A stretch of DNA of 64,000 bases from a virus. The notes beneath the pieces are model-generated. The model was not told the origin of the DNA. It was given only the letters and a program-made list of their open reading frames with translations, and did not search any database. The stretch is taken from IMG/VR virus record IMGVR_UViG_3300046777_000988, positions 3,869 through 67,868 of that record; one strand, 5' to 3'. Shown piece by piece: positions 30,885 to 47,359 of the stretch (position 1 is its first letter; every line of letters begins with the position of its first letter). A program made the position numbers and the translations under genes.

Positions 30885-31007
30885 ATGAAAATGGCAACCG
30901 AGAAACGCATTGCACCCGCAGCAGTTAAAGCAAAGCCCGTAGTTGGCAAGAAGACAGCATCCACAGGTAAATCTTGGGGCGCTCGTCATCGCGCCAAGAT
31001 CAAGTAA
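30885..31007 (+). CDS. small basic protein (40 aa)
   Basis: MKMATEKRIAPAAVKAKPVVGKKTASTGKSWGARHRAKIK; fills the gap exactly. Confidence 0.6.
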   Translation: MKMATEKRIAPAAVKAKPVVGKKTASTGKSWGARHRAKIK

Positions 31008-31023
31008 GCATTAGAAAGAATTT

Positions 31024-32202
31024 ATGTCAGAACAAGCAACAACACCGACACCAACAGAACCAGCATCCACTAGCGCAGCGATCACAAACCTTCGCAGCGC
31101 ATTGGATTCCATTGCAACAAATGATCTCAGCATCCAGCCTCCAAAGGAAGAGCCAAAGGTTAATCCAACTCAGCCTACTCCAGAGCCTCCAAAACAAGAG
31201 GAAGTCAAAGCTGAACCTACGAAAGAAGGACAAGGACAGGTCGAGGAAACTAAGGAACCTGCTAACGATGTTTCTTCCGAGCCAGAGCCAACCGGAGAAA
31301 AAGAGAAGGTCCGCTGGAAAGAACTGAAGCAGGCAGAGAAAGACCTTAAACTTGCACAGAAAGAGCTTGCCGAGCTTAAAGCTAAAGGCAGCGAATTTGA
31401 GCAGGCATCTAAAGAGGTTCAAGACCTAAAGGCGCAGATCGAAGAGATTCAGCGTGAGCGTGAGGCTATCGACGGAGAGCTTTACATGACTCGCGTTACA
31501 GCGACGAAAGAGTATAAGCAATATGTTACCGAGCCTCTGAACGAGATTATCGAAGGCGCAGAGTTCTTCGCTGCTCGCAACAAGATTGACACAGGTGATC
31601 TGATTGACGCATTGCAGGCAGATACAAACGGTGATCCAGCTAAACTTGACGCACTCATGGCTGACTGGTCTGAGCGTGACAAGAGTAAGATATGGACGCT
31701 AGCTGATAATCTTCTTCAGATCGAGAAACGCAAAGCTGAACTTGAGCAACATTCTAAAGAAGCCTACGAGCTTTCTATGGAACGGACGCAGAAAGAACAG
31801 CAGGAGATGTATCAACAATACTTCGCACAACGCGAGTCTGCTATTAGTGAAGTTCTTCCTAAAATTAGCGAGAAGGTATTCAACATCCTTCCCGAAGATA
31901 AGCGTCCAGATATTAACAAACTTCAGCAGGAAGTTATGAACTACGACGAGTGGCCTGAGAACCTGAAGGTTTACGGCATCCTCGGAGCTACCGTTCTTCC
32001 TGACTTGCTGGATACAGTTAAGTCATTGCAGACAGAGTTGAGTGAGACTAAGGCAGCTAACATCAAGCTGCGTGGTGGAGTTCCTGCCGCTGCTGGCGGA
32101 ACATCACCCAAGTCTCCCGCTGATGCTGCAAAGCCTGTTGACTACACCAAGATGGACACGGACGATTTCGTGAAGAACTTGGTTGGTCGAATGGGTGTTT
32201 AA
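31024..32202 (+). CDS. capsid scaffolding protein
   Basis: Disordered acidic N-terminus and long coiled coil, directly before the capsid gene. Confidence 0.75.
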   Translation: MSEQATTPTPTEPASTSAAITNLRSALDSIATNDLSIQPPKEEPKVNPTQPTPEPPKQEEVKAEPTKEGQGQVEETKEPANDVSSEPEPTGEKEKVRWKELKQAEKDLKLAQKELAELKAKGSEFEQASKEVQDLKAQIEEIQREREAIDGELYMTRVTATKEYKQYVTEPLNEIIEGAEFFAARNKIDTGDLIDALQADTNGDPAKLDALMADWSERDKSKIWTLADNLLQIEKRKAELEQHSKEAYELSMERTQKEQQEMYQQYFAQRESAISEVLPKISEKVFNILPEDKRPDINKLQQEVMNYDEWPENLKVYGILGATVLPDLLDTVKSLQTELSETKAANIKLRGGVPAAAGGTSPKSPADAAKPVDYTKMDTDDFVKNLVGRMGV

Positions 32203-32222
32203 GATTCCCCTCCATCCCCAAG

Positions 32223-32253
32223 AAGGCTGCGTGTAAAAAGCGCAGCCTTTTTT
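32223..32253 (+). terminator. intrinsic terminator
   Basis: AAGGCTGCG-loop-CGCAGCCTT plus a T tract. Confidence 0.75.
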
Positions 32254-32504
32254 GTTTCAAATAATACTTGAAAATTATAGCAACTTACGCTAACCCTCAA
32301 GGTGCAGCATAACTAAGCTGTTGAAAAAAATGTTAGTGGATCGCTGATTCCAAAACATCAGTAACAAAATAAACACCGAGCTTAAAAACACCGAAAGGCT
32401 TTTACACTGGCTCAGTAAAAGAAAACAAACCGAGTTTAAGTTGGGCAACTAAACGACAACTTGGATTCTCAAACTAAATTTAACTTAAATAGAAAGATAA
32501 TTAT

Positions 32505-33692
32505 ATGGCACAATATGATATTGCTGATGTAAACAATCAGCTCCAACAAGAAGCAGGCCGAATCGGCGAAATGATCGCCGCCAAGCTCATCGCAACCGAC
32601 CCTTGGAACCGCCTCATCAAGCAGGACACTTTTCCTGCTGGCATGGGTGAGTCCATCCAAACGCTCATTCAAGAGCGCACGACTGTTCCTAACGCTAGCT
32701 CGACTGCGTGGGAAGATGTCGGCACTAATGACGGCACTGGCAACAACTGCAACCCGACCCCTCAGGTTGTTGATTTTGCTCGCACTCTCCGTTCTTACAA
32801 CCTCCAACAGGCTGCTATCCGTTCGCCCGGTTTCTGCGTGAACGATCTCCGCACTGCGTGGAAGGCTGAAGAGCAGCTTGCTGGCGAAGTCAAAGTTCTC
32901 AAAGAGAACAGCCAATGGTTCTGGAGCAACCGCTACCGTGACGAGTTTTCTCGCCTCGCTGGCAACAAGGTTGTCCTCGATGTGCCTGATACGCTTGCAA
33001 TGTCCACCAGCGGAACTGGCGCTGCCTTCCCGGCTGTGGCTCCTGCTTATGCGCTCGATCAAGGTATCCTCGATCAGTTCTACCTCGACCTCTCCCGTGA
33101 TGCCGCTGAAGGTCATTACGCAATGGTTGACGGTGAGCCTCAATACGCTCTCATCTGCTCGCCTGAAACGAGCAACTACCTGAAGAAGCAGAACGCTGAC
33201 ATCCGTCAAGACCTCCGTTTCTCCTCGCAAGTTGATGAGCTTATCAAGCCCTTCGGTGCTGCGTTCAGCTACAGCGGATTCGTCCACTTGGTTGATCGTC
33301 AGGCTCCTCGCTACAACTTCGTTGATGGCGCGTTTGTGCGTGTTCCGTTCTTCACAACCTCCCCTGCCTCCACTGGCAACAAGGCTATCGTGAATCCGGC
33401 CTACCGCTCCGCTGCCTACGAGGTCAGCTTCATCTACAACCCACATGTTTACACCTCGCGTGTTGCACAGGTCATCACCAGCCCCGGTTCGGGATTGAAG
33501 TTCGATCCAGTCAACTACCGTGGTGAGTTCATGTGGATCAACAACAAGGACAACGCCAACAACATCTTGGGTGTTAATGGCTACTTCTACGCCTTGTTCA
33601 TGCAAGGTTCGCAGCCGAAGCGTGTTGAGTGGGGTTATGCCCTCATGCACCTCCGTTGCAGCCCTGCAACCCTCTATCAGTCCTGCTCCTAA
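32505..33692 (+). CDS. major capsid protein
   Basis: 395 aa, strongest codon bias in the window, follows portal and scaffold. Confidence 0.8.
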   Translation: MAQYDIADVNNQLQQEAGRIGEMIAAKLIATDPWNRLIKQDTFPAGMGESIQTLIQERTTVPNASSTAWEDVGTNDGTGNNCNPTPQVVDFARTLRSYNLQQAAIRSPGFCVNDLRTAWKAEEQLAGEVKVLKENSQWFWSNRYRDEFSRLAGNKVVLDVPDTLAMSTSGTGAAFPAVAPAYALDQGILDQFYLDLSRDAAEGHYAMVDGEPQYALICSPETSNYLKKQNADIRQDLRFSSQVDELIKPFGAAFSYSGFVHLVDRQAPRYNFVDGAFVRVPFFTTSPASTGNKAIVNPAYRSAAYEVSFIYNPHVYTSRVAQVITSPGSGLKFDPVNYRGEFMWINNKDNANNILGVNGYFYALFMQGSQPKRVEWGYALMHLRCSPATLYQSCS

Positions 33693-33719
33693 TAGCAGGT
33701 AACTGTTAAACAATAACAA

Positions 33720-33750
33720 GTGCGGTGGAGGTTCTATCCCTCTACCGCAC
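33720..33750 (+). terminator. strong hairpin after the capsid gene
   Basis: GTGCGGTGGAGG-7-CCTCTACCGCAC; no U tract. Confidence 0.5.
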
Positions 33751-33767
33751 TAAACCTAAGAAAAGTA

Positions 33768-37693
<3,926 letters not shown>

Positions 37694-37697
37694 GATT

Positions 37698-37937
37698 ATG
37701 CTAAAGACATACGGACTCATATTTCCAGACGGAACAAAATATCTAGCCAGCGTTGTGCTAGATGATGAAGGTAATCCTCGCATTGATACGATTAGACCAT
37801 ATCCGGTTCCAGATGGATGGGTTGATCCTCGACTTGTAGAGCTTGTTAAACAAGACCCTCCCGGCCCAGAAACAGAATGGGAAAGTTATTTAGAATGGTT
37901 TGAAAACAGAGTAGAAGTGCATTGGAAGCAGATATAA
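37698..37937 (+). CDS. small fibre-associated protein (chaperone-like position)
   Basis: 79-aa ORF between the two fibres. Confidence 0.6.
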   Translation: MLKTYGLIFPDGTKYLASVVLDDEGNPRIDTIRPYPVPDGWVDPRLVELVKQDPPGPETEWESYLEWFENRVEVHWKQI

Positions 37938-37938
37938 A

Positions 37939-40190
<2,252 letters not shown>

Positions 40191-40194
<4 letters not shown>

Positions 40195-43175
40195 TCTTAA
40201 CTCAGTCAACAGCGGCATACATACAAGCAAGTCCAGTTAGAACAATTACTAACGAGACTTCATCGTTCCGTCACTTCATGGTGTATTTGGATACACTGTT
40301 ATCGTCTGCGATTACTGGATCAATTGGAATCATTAAGAACGGACTCGGAGTTCTTACGCTATCAGGAAACAATACCTATGCTGGGAACGCTGCGATTAAC
40401 GCAGGCGTATTAACGATCACCGATCTTACTGCGCTACCGGGATGGAATACAGCGGGAAGATATTCTGTCGAGTCAGGCGCAACGCTTGCTGTCTATAACG
40501 CAGTTACTGATGCGAATGTTGTAACGATTCTAGGAACCACCAACTTTAACGCAGGATCGGCTATAGGCTTCGATACTACATCAGGCAATAGGACATACCC
40601 GAATGTCATTGCAAACACCGCTAAAGGGGCTTTAGGGCTAACCAAGCTAGGGGCGAATACGCTGACGATCTCTGGCGCGAATACATATACTGGACCAACG
40701 CTTGTTATCGCCGGAACACTCGCTACATCTACAGCTAACAGAATCCCAGATGCGTCTGCTGTTACAATTCTATCTGGCGCTATAATTACTCTCGGAGGTT
40801 CTGACACCTTTGCTACTCTTGCGGGTGCAGGGACATTAACATGCGGTGCAAACGCATTGACTCTTAACTCCACGAACTCCGCGACATTTAGTGGAACTCT
40901 AACCAATACAGCAGGAACATTCTTTAAGTTAGGGTCAGGAACGCAGACACTTTCTGGATCAACAACTGTTGCTGCAAATGTTCGGCTTGATGGTGGTGGA
41001 ATTATATCCAGCGGGACATTCCTTCAAACAGCAACGGCAAGTTCTCGCAACTTTCAAATAGCACTTAATGCAGGAACAACAGCAACACTCACCGTATCTG
41101 GTGGAACAATGACTGTTACCGGATTGTTCTTTGGAGAGAATAACGGTGGATCAGCAACAGTGAATGTTAATGCCGGAACACTTCAGGTTAATGGCGAGAC
41201 ATGGCAGGCGGGATTACTTAGCACACTTAATGTCAATGGCGGGACTTTTAACGCAAACGGATCGTTTGACATTGGGGGCGGTGGAGGAACAACGACAAGT
41301 ATTGTAAACCTAACATCTGGAACATTTGCAATTACAGGAACAATTCGTTGGGGTATTGGAAGTGCAACAGCAACATCTATATTTAATTTAGATGGAGGAA
41401 CATTTAGATGCGCTGCTTGGATTAGAAACGGTGGAACAAATACATTCAATTTCAACGGTGGAACATTTACTACAAACACTAATAATTTAACGATAACTCA
41501 GCCGCTTATATCCTGCTTGATTAAAAGTGGTGGAGCTATATTTGGAAATGCCGTCACGCTTATCTTTGATACTGTTCTAGCAAATGCACCTAGCGTTTCT
41601 GGAAATCTCGTAATGAATGGAACTGGAACACTGATTCTTCGTCAGGCCAATACATTCTCTGGAACGATTACAATCAATGCTGGCATACTTCAATTTGGGA
41701 ATAGTTCTACAACTGGATCGGCTGGCTCAAGCAGTGGAATAACCAACAACGCAACGCTTACATTTAACCGCACTAATACAATAACGCAGGGAACAGACTT
41801 CCCTGTTATTAGCGGAAGCGGGATTCTTATTCAGGCGGGAAGCGGAACCACTATACTTGGTCTATCAAATAGTTATACAGGAGAAACTAGGATCAACGCT
41901 GGAACTTTGAGATTAGGCAACGCTAATGGATTTGGCTCCGGAGACATTCGCTTTAACGGTGGAACGATGCAATATGGAAGTGGCATTACAACAGATGTCT
42001 CATCGAGAATTGTAAATAACTCCTCCGCTATTCGCATAGATACCAATGGGCAGAATGTTGATTTCGCATCTCTTGGGTCAACCAATACTGGAGGATTTGT
42101 TAAAACCGGAACTGGGATATTAACAATGTCTGGTTCTGGTAATACTTATACTGGAGCCAATACGATTAGCGCAGGAGAAGCTACATTCTCTGGAACTTAT
42201 ACTGCAACAAATACTGTCAATATCAATGGTTCAGCTAATCCAATATTAAATATCAGCGGTAATTTTACACAGACATTCACTGGAAGCGGTGTGCGTAGTT
42301 TTCAACTCGCGGTCAATTCAGGAAATACAGGAACCGTAAATGTAAGTGGATCAGCAGTTGTCACACTTAATGGCGGAATGATGCTTGGTGACAACAATGG
42401 TGGTAACGGAACATTCAATCAAACTGGTGGGACGGTTAGCACTAGCACTAGTGGAACTTGGTTGGCTGGGGCTGTTTGCTTGATAGATGTATCAGGAGGA
42501 ACTTTCACAACACCCGGTATTGAGTGCGGTGGTGGAACTGGTGCTGGGACTGTAACCGTTTCTGGAACAGGAACAGTAAATGCAGGTAGCCTTATTCTAA
42601 ATCGTGGAAGTGGTGTTGGCGTGTCTGCTGTATTGAATGTCAATGGAGGAACGCTGACAACTACTGGCATAACGCATGTTACTACCGCCAGACCAGCAAC
42701 TATAAATTTCAACGGCGGAACATTTACAAACCTTAATACAATGACGATACCTTCAACAGTATCGTGCGTTGTTAAGTCTGGTGGTGCTATTCTTAATTCA
42801 TCATCTGGACAGCTTAATATTCCAAGTGCGCTTACTACAGACGGGACAGGAGGGGGGCTAGTCAAGCAGGGCATAGGAAGCGTATCTCTTACTGGCGTTA
42901 ATACATATACAGGATCGACATCAATCCTTGCTGGAAACCTGATTGTTTCTTCAGCTTCGTTCCAAGTGAATACGGGAAACAAGTGCAACCAAGTTACATT
43001 CACGAATACATCTGTTACTGCGAACTTCACAATCGCTCCGACAATCGGTGACACATTCAAGTTCTTTATCGGATCAACGGTTCAAACAGGATTGTCTGTC
43101 ACGCTTACAGGAACTGGCGTTGCTGGCCGCTCTGGAATATACGACTCGTCTACATCTACTCTAACGATTACCTGA
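40191..43175 (+). CDS. autotransporter-associated beta-strand (PATR) repeat adhesin
   Basis: Repeated LTK.G.GTLTLSG.NTY.G.T.I.AG.L motifs and FNGGT beta-helix repeats; no beta-barrel domain. Confidence 0.9.
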
Positions 43176-43220
43176 AATAATTATTGAATATTGTTAAACA
43201 ATTAAATTATGTTCGCTTAA

Positions 43221-43421
43221 ATGAATTTCGATCCTCAGTCAGCCCCACATCATCCCGGTATTATGGGTTCCGCAACAAGCCTTCTAGCAGTTATCGTATC
43301 AGTTCTGCCTCATGTTGAGCAGTGGCTGCGGATCACATCGCTTGCATTCGGCACTATTGCAGCGATAGTTTCCATTATTGTTATGATAGAGAAACGCAGT
43401 AACGACAAAGATAAAAAATGA
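43221..43421 (+). CDS. small membrane protein (holin-like)
   Basis: Two hydrophobic segments and a charged tail. Confidence 0.6.
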   Translation: MNFDPQSAPHHPGIMGSATSLLAVIVSVLPHVEQWLRITSLAFGTIAAIVSIIVMIEKRSNDKDKK

Positions 43422-43711
43422 AAACACTACTTGTTAAAGCCATCTCCGCTATTACCGGAGCATCCAAATCAGTTATCGAATTCATCATTCCGATCCTCCG
43501 TGATTCGGCTAGTTCGCTACTAAAAGAACTGCTTCCTATCGCATTGGAAGTTGTATCCTCACTGCTCACTTCTGATAAGAGCGGCGACGAGAAACGCAAG
43601 ATTGCCGTGGATAAAATTAAAGACGCAGCAACCCGCGAGGGAATCAACGCATCTAACCGTGCAGTCAACCTCGCTATCGAGCTTGCCCTTGCAAAGCTGA
43701 CCGATAAATGA
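43418..43711 (+). CDS. holin-like protein (LLH-like)
   Basis: KSGDEKRKIAV...INA...IE.A motif. Confidence 0.6.
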   Translation: MKTLLVKAISAITGASKSVIEFIIPILRDSASSLLKELLPIALEVVSSLLTSDKSGDEKRKIAVDKIKDAATREGINASNRAVNLAIELALAKLTDK

Positions 43712-44172
43712 ACGACGAGAAGGCATGGTGGCAGAGCAGGACGATTATCGGAATCGTCGTTATGCTACTTGCTCAAGTCTTGAAGTGGCTAAATGTTGAT
43801 ATAGTCAACGAGGAGTTGACCGACATCGTTACCCTAGCGATGGAGAGCATTGGTGCAGCATTGGCTATTTACGGGCGCGTAAAGGCCCGTAAAACTATTC
43901 GCAGGACTAAACCCGGTGGTCAGTTCAATCCGAATGCAGAAGTGCGTAAAGCAAAGCCTGCGCGAAGCAAGCTACTCGGTCTGTTTATTCTTCTTCTTTC
44001 CTTCAACTGCTACGCTCAAGCCTATCCTTCGCATGTGTGGTATGAGAATCCTATTAGGTTCAATGCGATTGTTGATGACAGACCATTCTTAATCCGCTTG
44101 CTGGATAGCCTGTGGGTCAGCGTTAGCGTTCTTCCTATTAAGGGTGAGATTAAAGGCTCGGCTGATTTCTGA
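43708..44172 (+). CDS. holin-like membrane protein with C-terminal extension
   Basis: KAWWQSRTIIG...AIYGR holin motif plus a further hydrophobic segment. Confidence 0.65.
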   Translation: MNDEKAWWQSRTIIGIVVMLLAQVLKWLNVDIVNEELTDIVTLAMESIGAALAIYGRVKARKTIRRTKPGGQFNPNAEVRKAKPARSKLLGLFILLLSFNCYAQAYPSHVWYENPIRFNAIVDDRPFLIRLLDSLWVSVSVLPIKGEIKGSADF

Positions 44173-44173
44173 T

Positions 44174-44743
44174 ATGGCTACCGAGGCAGAACGGCTAGAG
44201 ATGGGTGACTTCATTCTGAAGTCCGAGGCTCGTAAGGATAAGTTCGGCAGACTTAAAGTTTATCCGCTACCTAAGGCTGACGGTGGCGGCACATTTGAAG
44301 TTGCAGGTATCAACGATAGGTATCATCCAAAGGCTGCAACGCATCTCAAGAATCTTATAGACAACAACCGTCATTCCCAAGCAGAGAACTTTGCAAAGAA
44401 GTATCTTGTTGAATACACCGATGTCGTTAAGAACTGGACTGAACTAGCTCCGCTAGAAGCATTCCTCCGCGATACTGCATTTAACCGAGGACCGAAAGGC
44501 GCCTTGCGTATCTTGCAGATTGCATTAGGCATTGCTGATGACGGGAAGTTTGGACCTGTAACAAAAGCAACTCTAGCTAAAGCAGCAAAGAATGTTGCGG
44601 CACTTCTTGACAACCTGCGTAGTGCTAGGGAAACATACGAGATTCGTGTTGCTCCACCCGTTGGAGCCAGAGCAAAGTTTTGGGCTGGCTTGCAAAACAG
44701 ATGGAACAATGCGTTAGAATTCAGCAAGAAGTTTATAGTTTAA
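44174..44743 (+). CDS. endolysin, GH108-like with peptidoglycan-binding domain
   Basis: DGGG.....GI, D.AFN.G, LQ.ALG..DDG.FGP.T, GL.NR. Confidence 0.85.
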   Translation: MATEAERLEMGDFILKSEARKDKFGRLKVYPLPKADGGGTFEVAGINDRYHPKAATHLKNLIDNNRHSQAENFAKKYLVEYTDVVKNWTELAPLEAFLRDTAFNRGPKGALRILQIALGIADDGKFGPVTKATLAKAAKNVAALLDNLRSARETYEIRVAPPVGARAKFWAGLQNRWNNALEFSKKFIV

Positions 44744-44759
44744 CAATAGAAACAAATAT

Positions 44760-45008
44760 ATGGACCTAGAAAATAAAGCCCTGAAAGAAGCATTCAAGAA
44801 AAAGTATGCTGGGGTAAAAACTGATGAAGAAGACCTGAAGCGTTTTGCTAAAAAGTATTATGGCGAGCAATCAGAAAGCGTCTATAAAGAACCTTCATTG
44901 CTTGAGAAAGCAAAGCGCACGGTAAAAGGGGCTATTGATGTCAATGTTGGCCGCGCTCAAAACGACTATAGTAGAATGAAGCGTGGATACCGCGAGCTTG
45001 ATTTTTAA
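44760..45008 (+). CDS. hypothetical protein
   Basis: 82-aa ORF with A-rich leader. Confidence 0.65.
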   Translation: MDLENKALKEAFKKKYAGVKTDEEDLKRFAKKYYGEQSESVYKEPSLLEKAKRTVKGAIDVNVGRAQNDYSRMKRGYRELDF

Positions 45009-45014
45009 TCCTGC

Positions 45015-45116
45015 ATGACCAGCAAAGAATACAAGTTGTTAATCCTAGCGATGCTGTCTATGTCGGTATCGCTAACTGCACTTTACATGATTGCGAAGCT
45101 AGCCTTTTATGAGTGA
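45015..45116 (+). CDS. small membrane peptide (33 aa)
   Basis: MTSKEYKLLILAMLSMSVSLTALYMIAKLAFYE. Confidence 0.45.
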   Translation: MTSKEYKLLILAMLSMSVSLTALYMIAKLAFYE

Positions 45117-45243
45117 TACCGAAGCGTTGATTAAAGAGAACAAGAAACTAAAAGAGATACTTAGGCAGTGCTTGAAGGCGCGGCAGATTAACCATGTGAG
45201 GCAGATCATTAGGGAGGCATTAAGCAATGAGCGAAGCAATTAA
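45109..45243 (+). CDS. hypothetical protein (44 aa)
   Basis: MSDTEALIKENKKLKEILRQCL...; overlaps both neighbours. Confidence 0.5.
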   Translation: MSDTEALIKENKKLKEILRQCLKARQINHVRQIIREALSNERSN

Positions 45244-45514
45244 ATCAGCAATGAAACGACTCGGTGTGTCTGGCGTGAACAAGCCTAAGAGAACGCCTAG
45301 CCACCCAACGAAGAGTCATGTTGTTCTCGTAAGTGATAATGGAAAACCAAGGACGATTCGATTTGGGCAACAGGGGGTATCAGGCTCACCAAAGAAAGAG
45401 GGAGAGTCTGAATCATATCGCAAGCGCAGGGAGAGTTTCAAGGCTAGGCATCGGGCCAATATCAAGAAGGGCAAGATGAGTGCGGCCTATTGGTCGTCGA
45501 AGGTGAAGTGGTAG
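45227..45514 (+). CDS. conserved basic phage protein
   Basis: NKPKRTPSHPTKSHVV...IRFGQQG...RR.SFKARH...KMSAAYW. Confidence 0.8.
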   Translation: MSEAIKSAMKRLGVSGVNKPKRTPSHPTKSHVVLVSDNGKPRTIRFGQQGVSGSPKKEGESESYRKRRESFKARHRANIKKGKMSAAYWSSKVKW

Positions 45515-45551
45515 CAATTCAGCTACTTACACTGGCATATAAAAATATCTT

Positions 45552-45579
45552 TTGACTTCTTAAAAGAATCTGCCATTCT
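45552..45579 (+). promoter_or_regulatory. sigma70-type promoter (leaderless)
   Basis: TTGACT-N16-CATTCT, 6 nt before the GTG. Confidence 0.55.
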
Positions 45580-45585
45580 AATACC

Positions 45586-45897
45586 GTGCGATTCAAACGG
45601 CTAACAGTCCGAATCAGTGATGAGCCTTGGAAGATTATCTTCAAAAAGCCTACTGAAGACGACTACATCGGTGTTGAAGATGACGACATCGGCCTTTGTG
45701 TCGCTGAAGACCGCAAGATATTTGTTGAGCCTGACCCAGATAGCGTTCTCTCTACCGCGCTTCACGAAGTCCTCCATGCTGTATTCCCACAGTTGAGCGA
45801 GGATGCTGTGATAGATGGCGAGGCTGCGCTAATGGACCTGCTGAACAAGTTTCCGCAAGAACTCCTACACACAAATGATACTTCCAAAACCCGGTAG
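45586..45897 (+). CDS. small zincin-like metallopeptidase
   Basis: G.C....KIFV...TALHEVLHA...E. Confidence 0.75.
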   Translation: MRFKRLTVRISDEPWKIIFKKPTEDDYIGVEDDDIGLCVAEDRKIFVEPDPDSVLSTALHEVLHAVFPQLSEDAVIDGEAALMDLLNKFPQELLHTNDTSKTR

Positions 45898-46072
45898 CTG
45901 GTGGACCTTCCGAGGCAATGAACAAGGCTGCGGTAAGGATCAACAGGTTTGCATGTCTAGCCCAGAAGAAACGATAGCATGGGGGCATGGCTTTAGTTGG
46001 ATCGGATCAACCGATATGTTCCTCAAAGTCTTTACTCCAACTGATGCCAAGCAGCATCCAGAATTAAAATAG
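45875..46072 (+). CDS. hypothetical protein
   Basis: 65-aa ORF with ACACAC leader. Confidence 0.55.
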   Translation: MILPKPGSWWTFRGNEQGCGKDQQVCMSSPEETIAWGHGFSWIGSTDMFLKVFTPTDAKQHPELK

Positions 46073-46089
46073 GAAGGCAGGGTAACTCT

Positions 46090-46302
46090 ATCTCGCTACG
46101 CTACGAACAACAATACTCGCTGTGGAAGACTCGTAAATTTCTCCGTGATTTACTCCATCACACTACTAGGCCCAAGACAGTGACTGAGATTTCAGATCGA
46201 GCCTATAGCTGCCTGCGCCACTTCCCACATTTAGACGAGACTGGCAAACCAATCTTCAGCCAAGACGACTTTGAATGCCCAAAGATACCCAATGAAAGCT
46301 AA
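46090..46302 (+). pseudogene. conserved phage ORF lacking a canonical start (ATC)
   Basis: (I)SLRYEQQYSLWKTRKFLRDLL...RP...RA..CLRHFP; no in-frame ATG/GTG/TTG between the upstream stop at 46042 and this motif. Confidence 0.5.
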
Positions 46303-47056
46303 AACTAGCGAGCGGTTTCAGCCGTTCAACATCACAAAGAAATGGAAGAAGTGGATGGCGGTATCCTGTTCTCACGGAGATCACATCGACCCAGAAGCTA
46401 GGGACGCCGTGCTTTCGTTCCAAAGTCGCTTTCGCCCTGACACGACCATTCACCTAGGAGACTTCGTGGACATGGCGGCTGCTCGTGGTGGTGCGATGTC
46501 AGACCCTAATGCTGCTGATCGTGCTGCTTCTGTAGCTGAAGACCTCGCTGCTGGTGTCGATTTTTTACAGGAGCTTCGGCCACAACATATACTTTACGGC
46601 AATCACGAGGACAGATTGTTTAAGCTGGCGCATTCACCTAATGCATTGGCTGCTCACGCCGCGACTATCGTTATCCAAGAGATCGAGGCTACTGCAAAGA
46701 AGCTCAAGGCTCGCACATACGAATACGACATTCGCTCACATTACACTCTTGGCGGTCATAAGTTCTTGCACGGCTATATGTTCAACATGTCTGCAATCAG
46801 GGATCATGCGGAGACATTTGGTAGCTGTATTATGGGACACCTACACCGAGTAGGGCAGGAGCCGGGTAGGACTCTGCAATCTGCTACCGCTTACTGCGTT
46901 GGTATGTTAATGAGGTTTGACGCTTCCTATGCCAAGACACGCCGCGCTACTTTAGCTTGGAGCCAAGGGTTTGGCTACGGCTACTACACAGACACACAAA
47001 TAACCGTAAACCTATGCGAAAGAAAACCAAACAATCCTTGGATGTTGCCTCTGTAG
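46292..47056 (+). CDS. calcineurin-like metallophosphoesterase
   Basis: SCSHG, LGDFVD, GNHE, HG, GHLH. Confidence 0.88.
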   Translation: MKAKTSERFQPFNITKKWKKWMAVSCSHGDHIDPEARDAVLSFQSRFRPDTTIHLGDFVDMAAARGGAMSDPNAADRAASVAEDLAAGVDFLQELRPQHILYGNHEDRLFKLAHSPNALAAHAATIVIQEIEATAKKLKARTYEYDIRSHYTLGGHKFLHGYMFNMSAIRDHAETFGSCIMGHLHRVGQEPGRTLQSATAYCVGMLMRFDASYAKTRRATLAWSQGFGYGYYTDTQITVNLCERKPNNPWMLPL

Positions 47057-47274
47057 CTGGAGCTTGGCAGGCATTCTTTGATGGAAACAAAATAGATGAT
47101 GACGAGTCCTTGCGTAAAGCAGGATGGCTTGACATCTATACTGTTGCCGAAAAAGTAAACCTGTCGTCATGCACTCTTGGCCGGAACTCAGATAAATACG
47201 GCCTGATTACAAAGCTATTTAGAGTGTATCGCGGAGGTAAGGTTCGTCAGGTTAGGTATTGCAAACCTAAATAA
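47014..47274 (+). CDS. hypothetical protein, possibly DNA-binding
   Basis: GW......AEK.NLS motif. Confidence 0.55.
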   Translation: MRKKTKQSLDVASVAGAWQAFFDGNKIDDDESLRKAGWLDIYTVAEKVNLSSCTLGRNSDKYGLITKLFRVYRGGKVRQVRYCKPK

Positions 47275-47350
47275 GAAGGGGGCTTGCGCCCCCCTCTTAA
47301 CCTATGAACTATGAACACACAAAAACACCGAACCAAAAGCTCGGCGTGTC
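47273..47350. terminator. terminators between convergent operons
   Basis: GGGGGC-TTGC-GCCCCC hairpin, plus CCGAAC/GCTCGG hairpin with a T tract on the minus strand. Confidence 0.6.
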
Positions 47351-47359
47351 GCAATATAA

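Noticed and set aside
32469-33719. 416-aa antisense ORF over the capsid gene
   Set aside because: Codon-in-register shadow of a highly biased gene that avoids TTA/CTA/TCA; no protein-like motifs.
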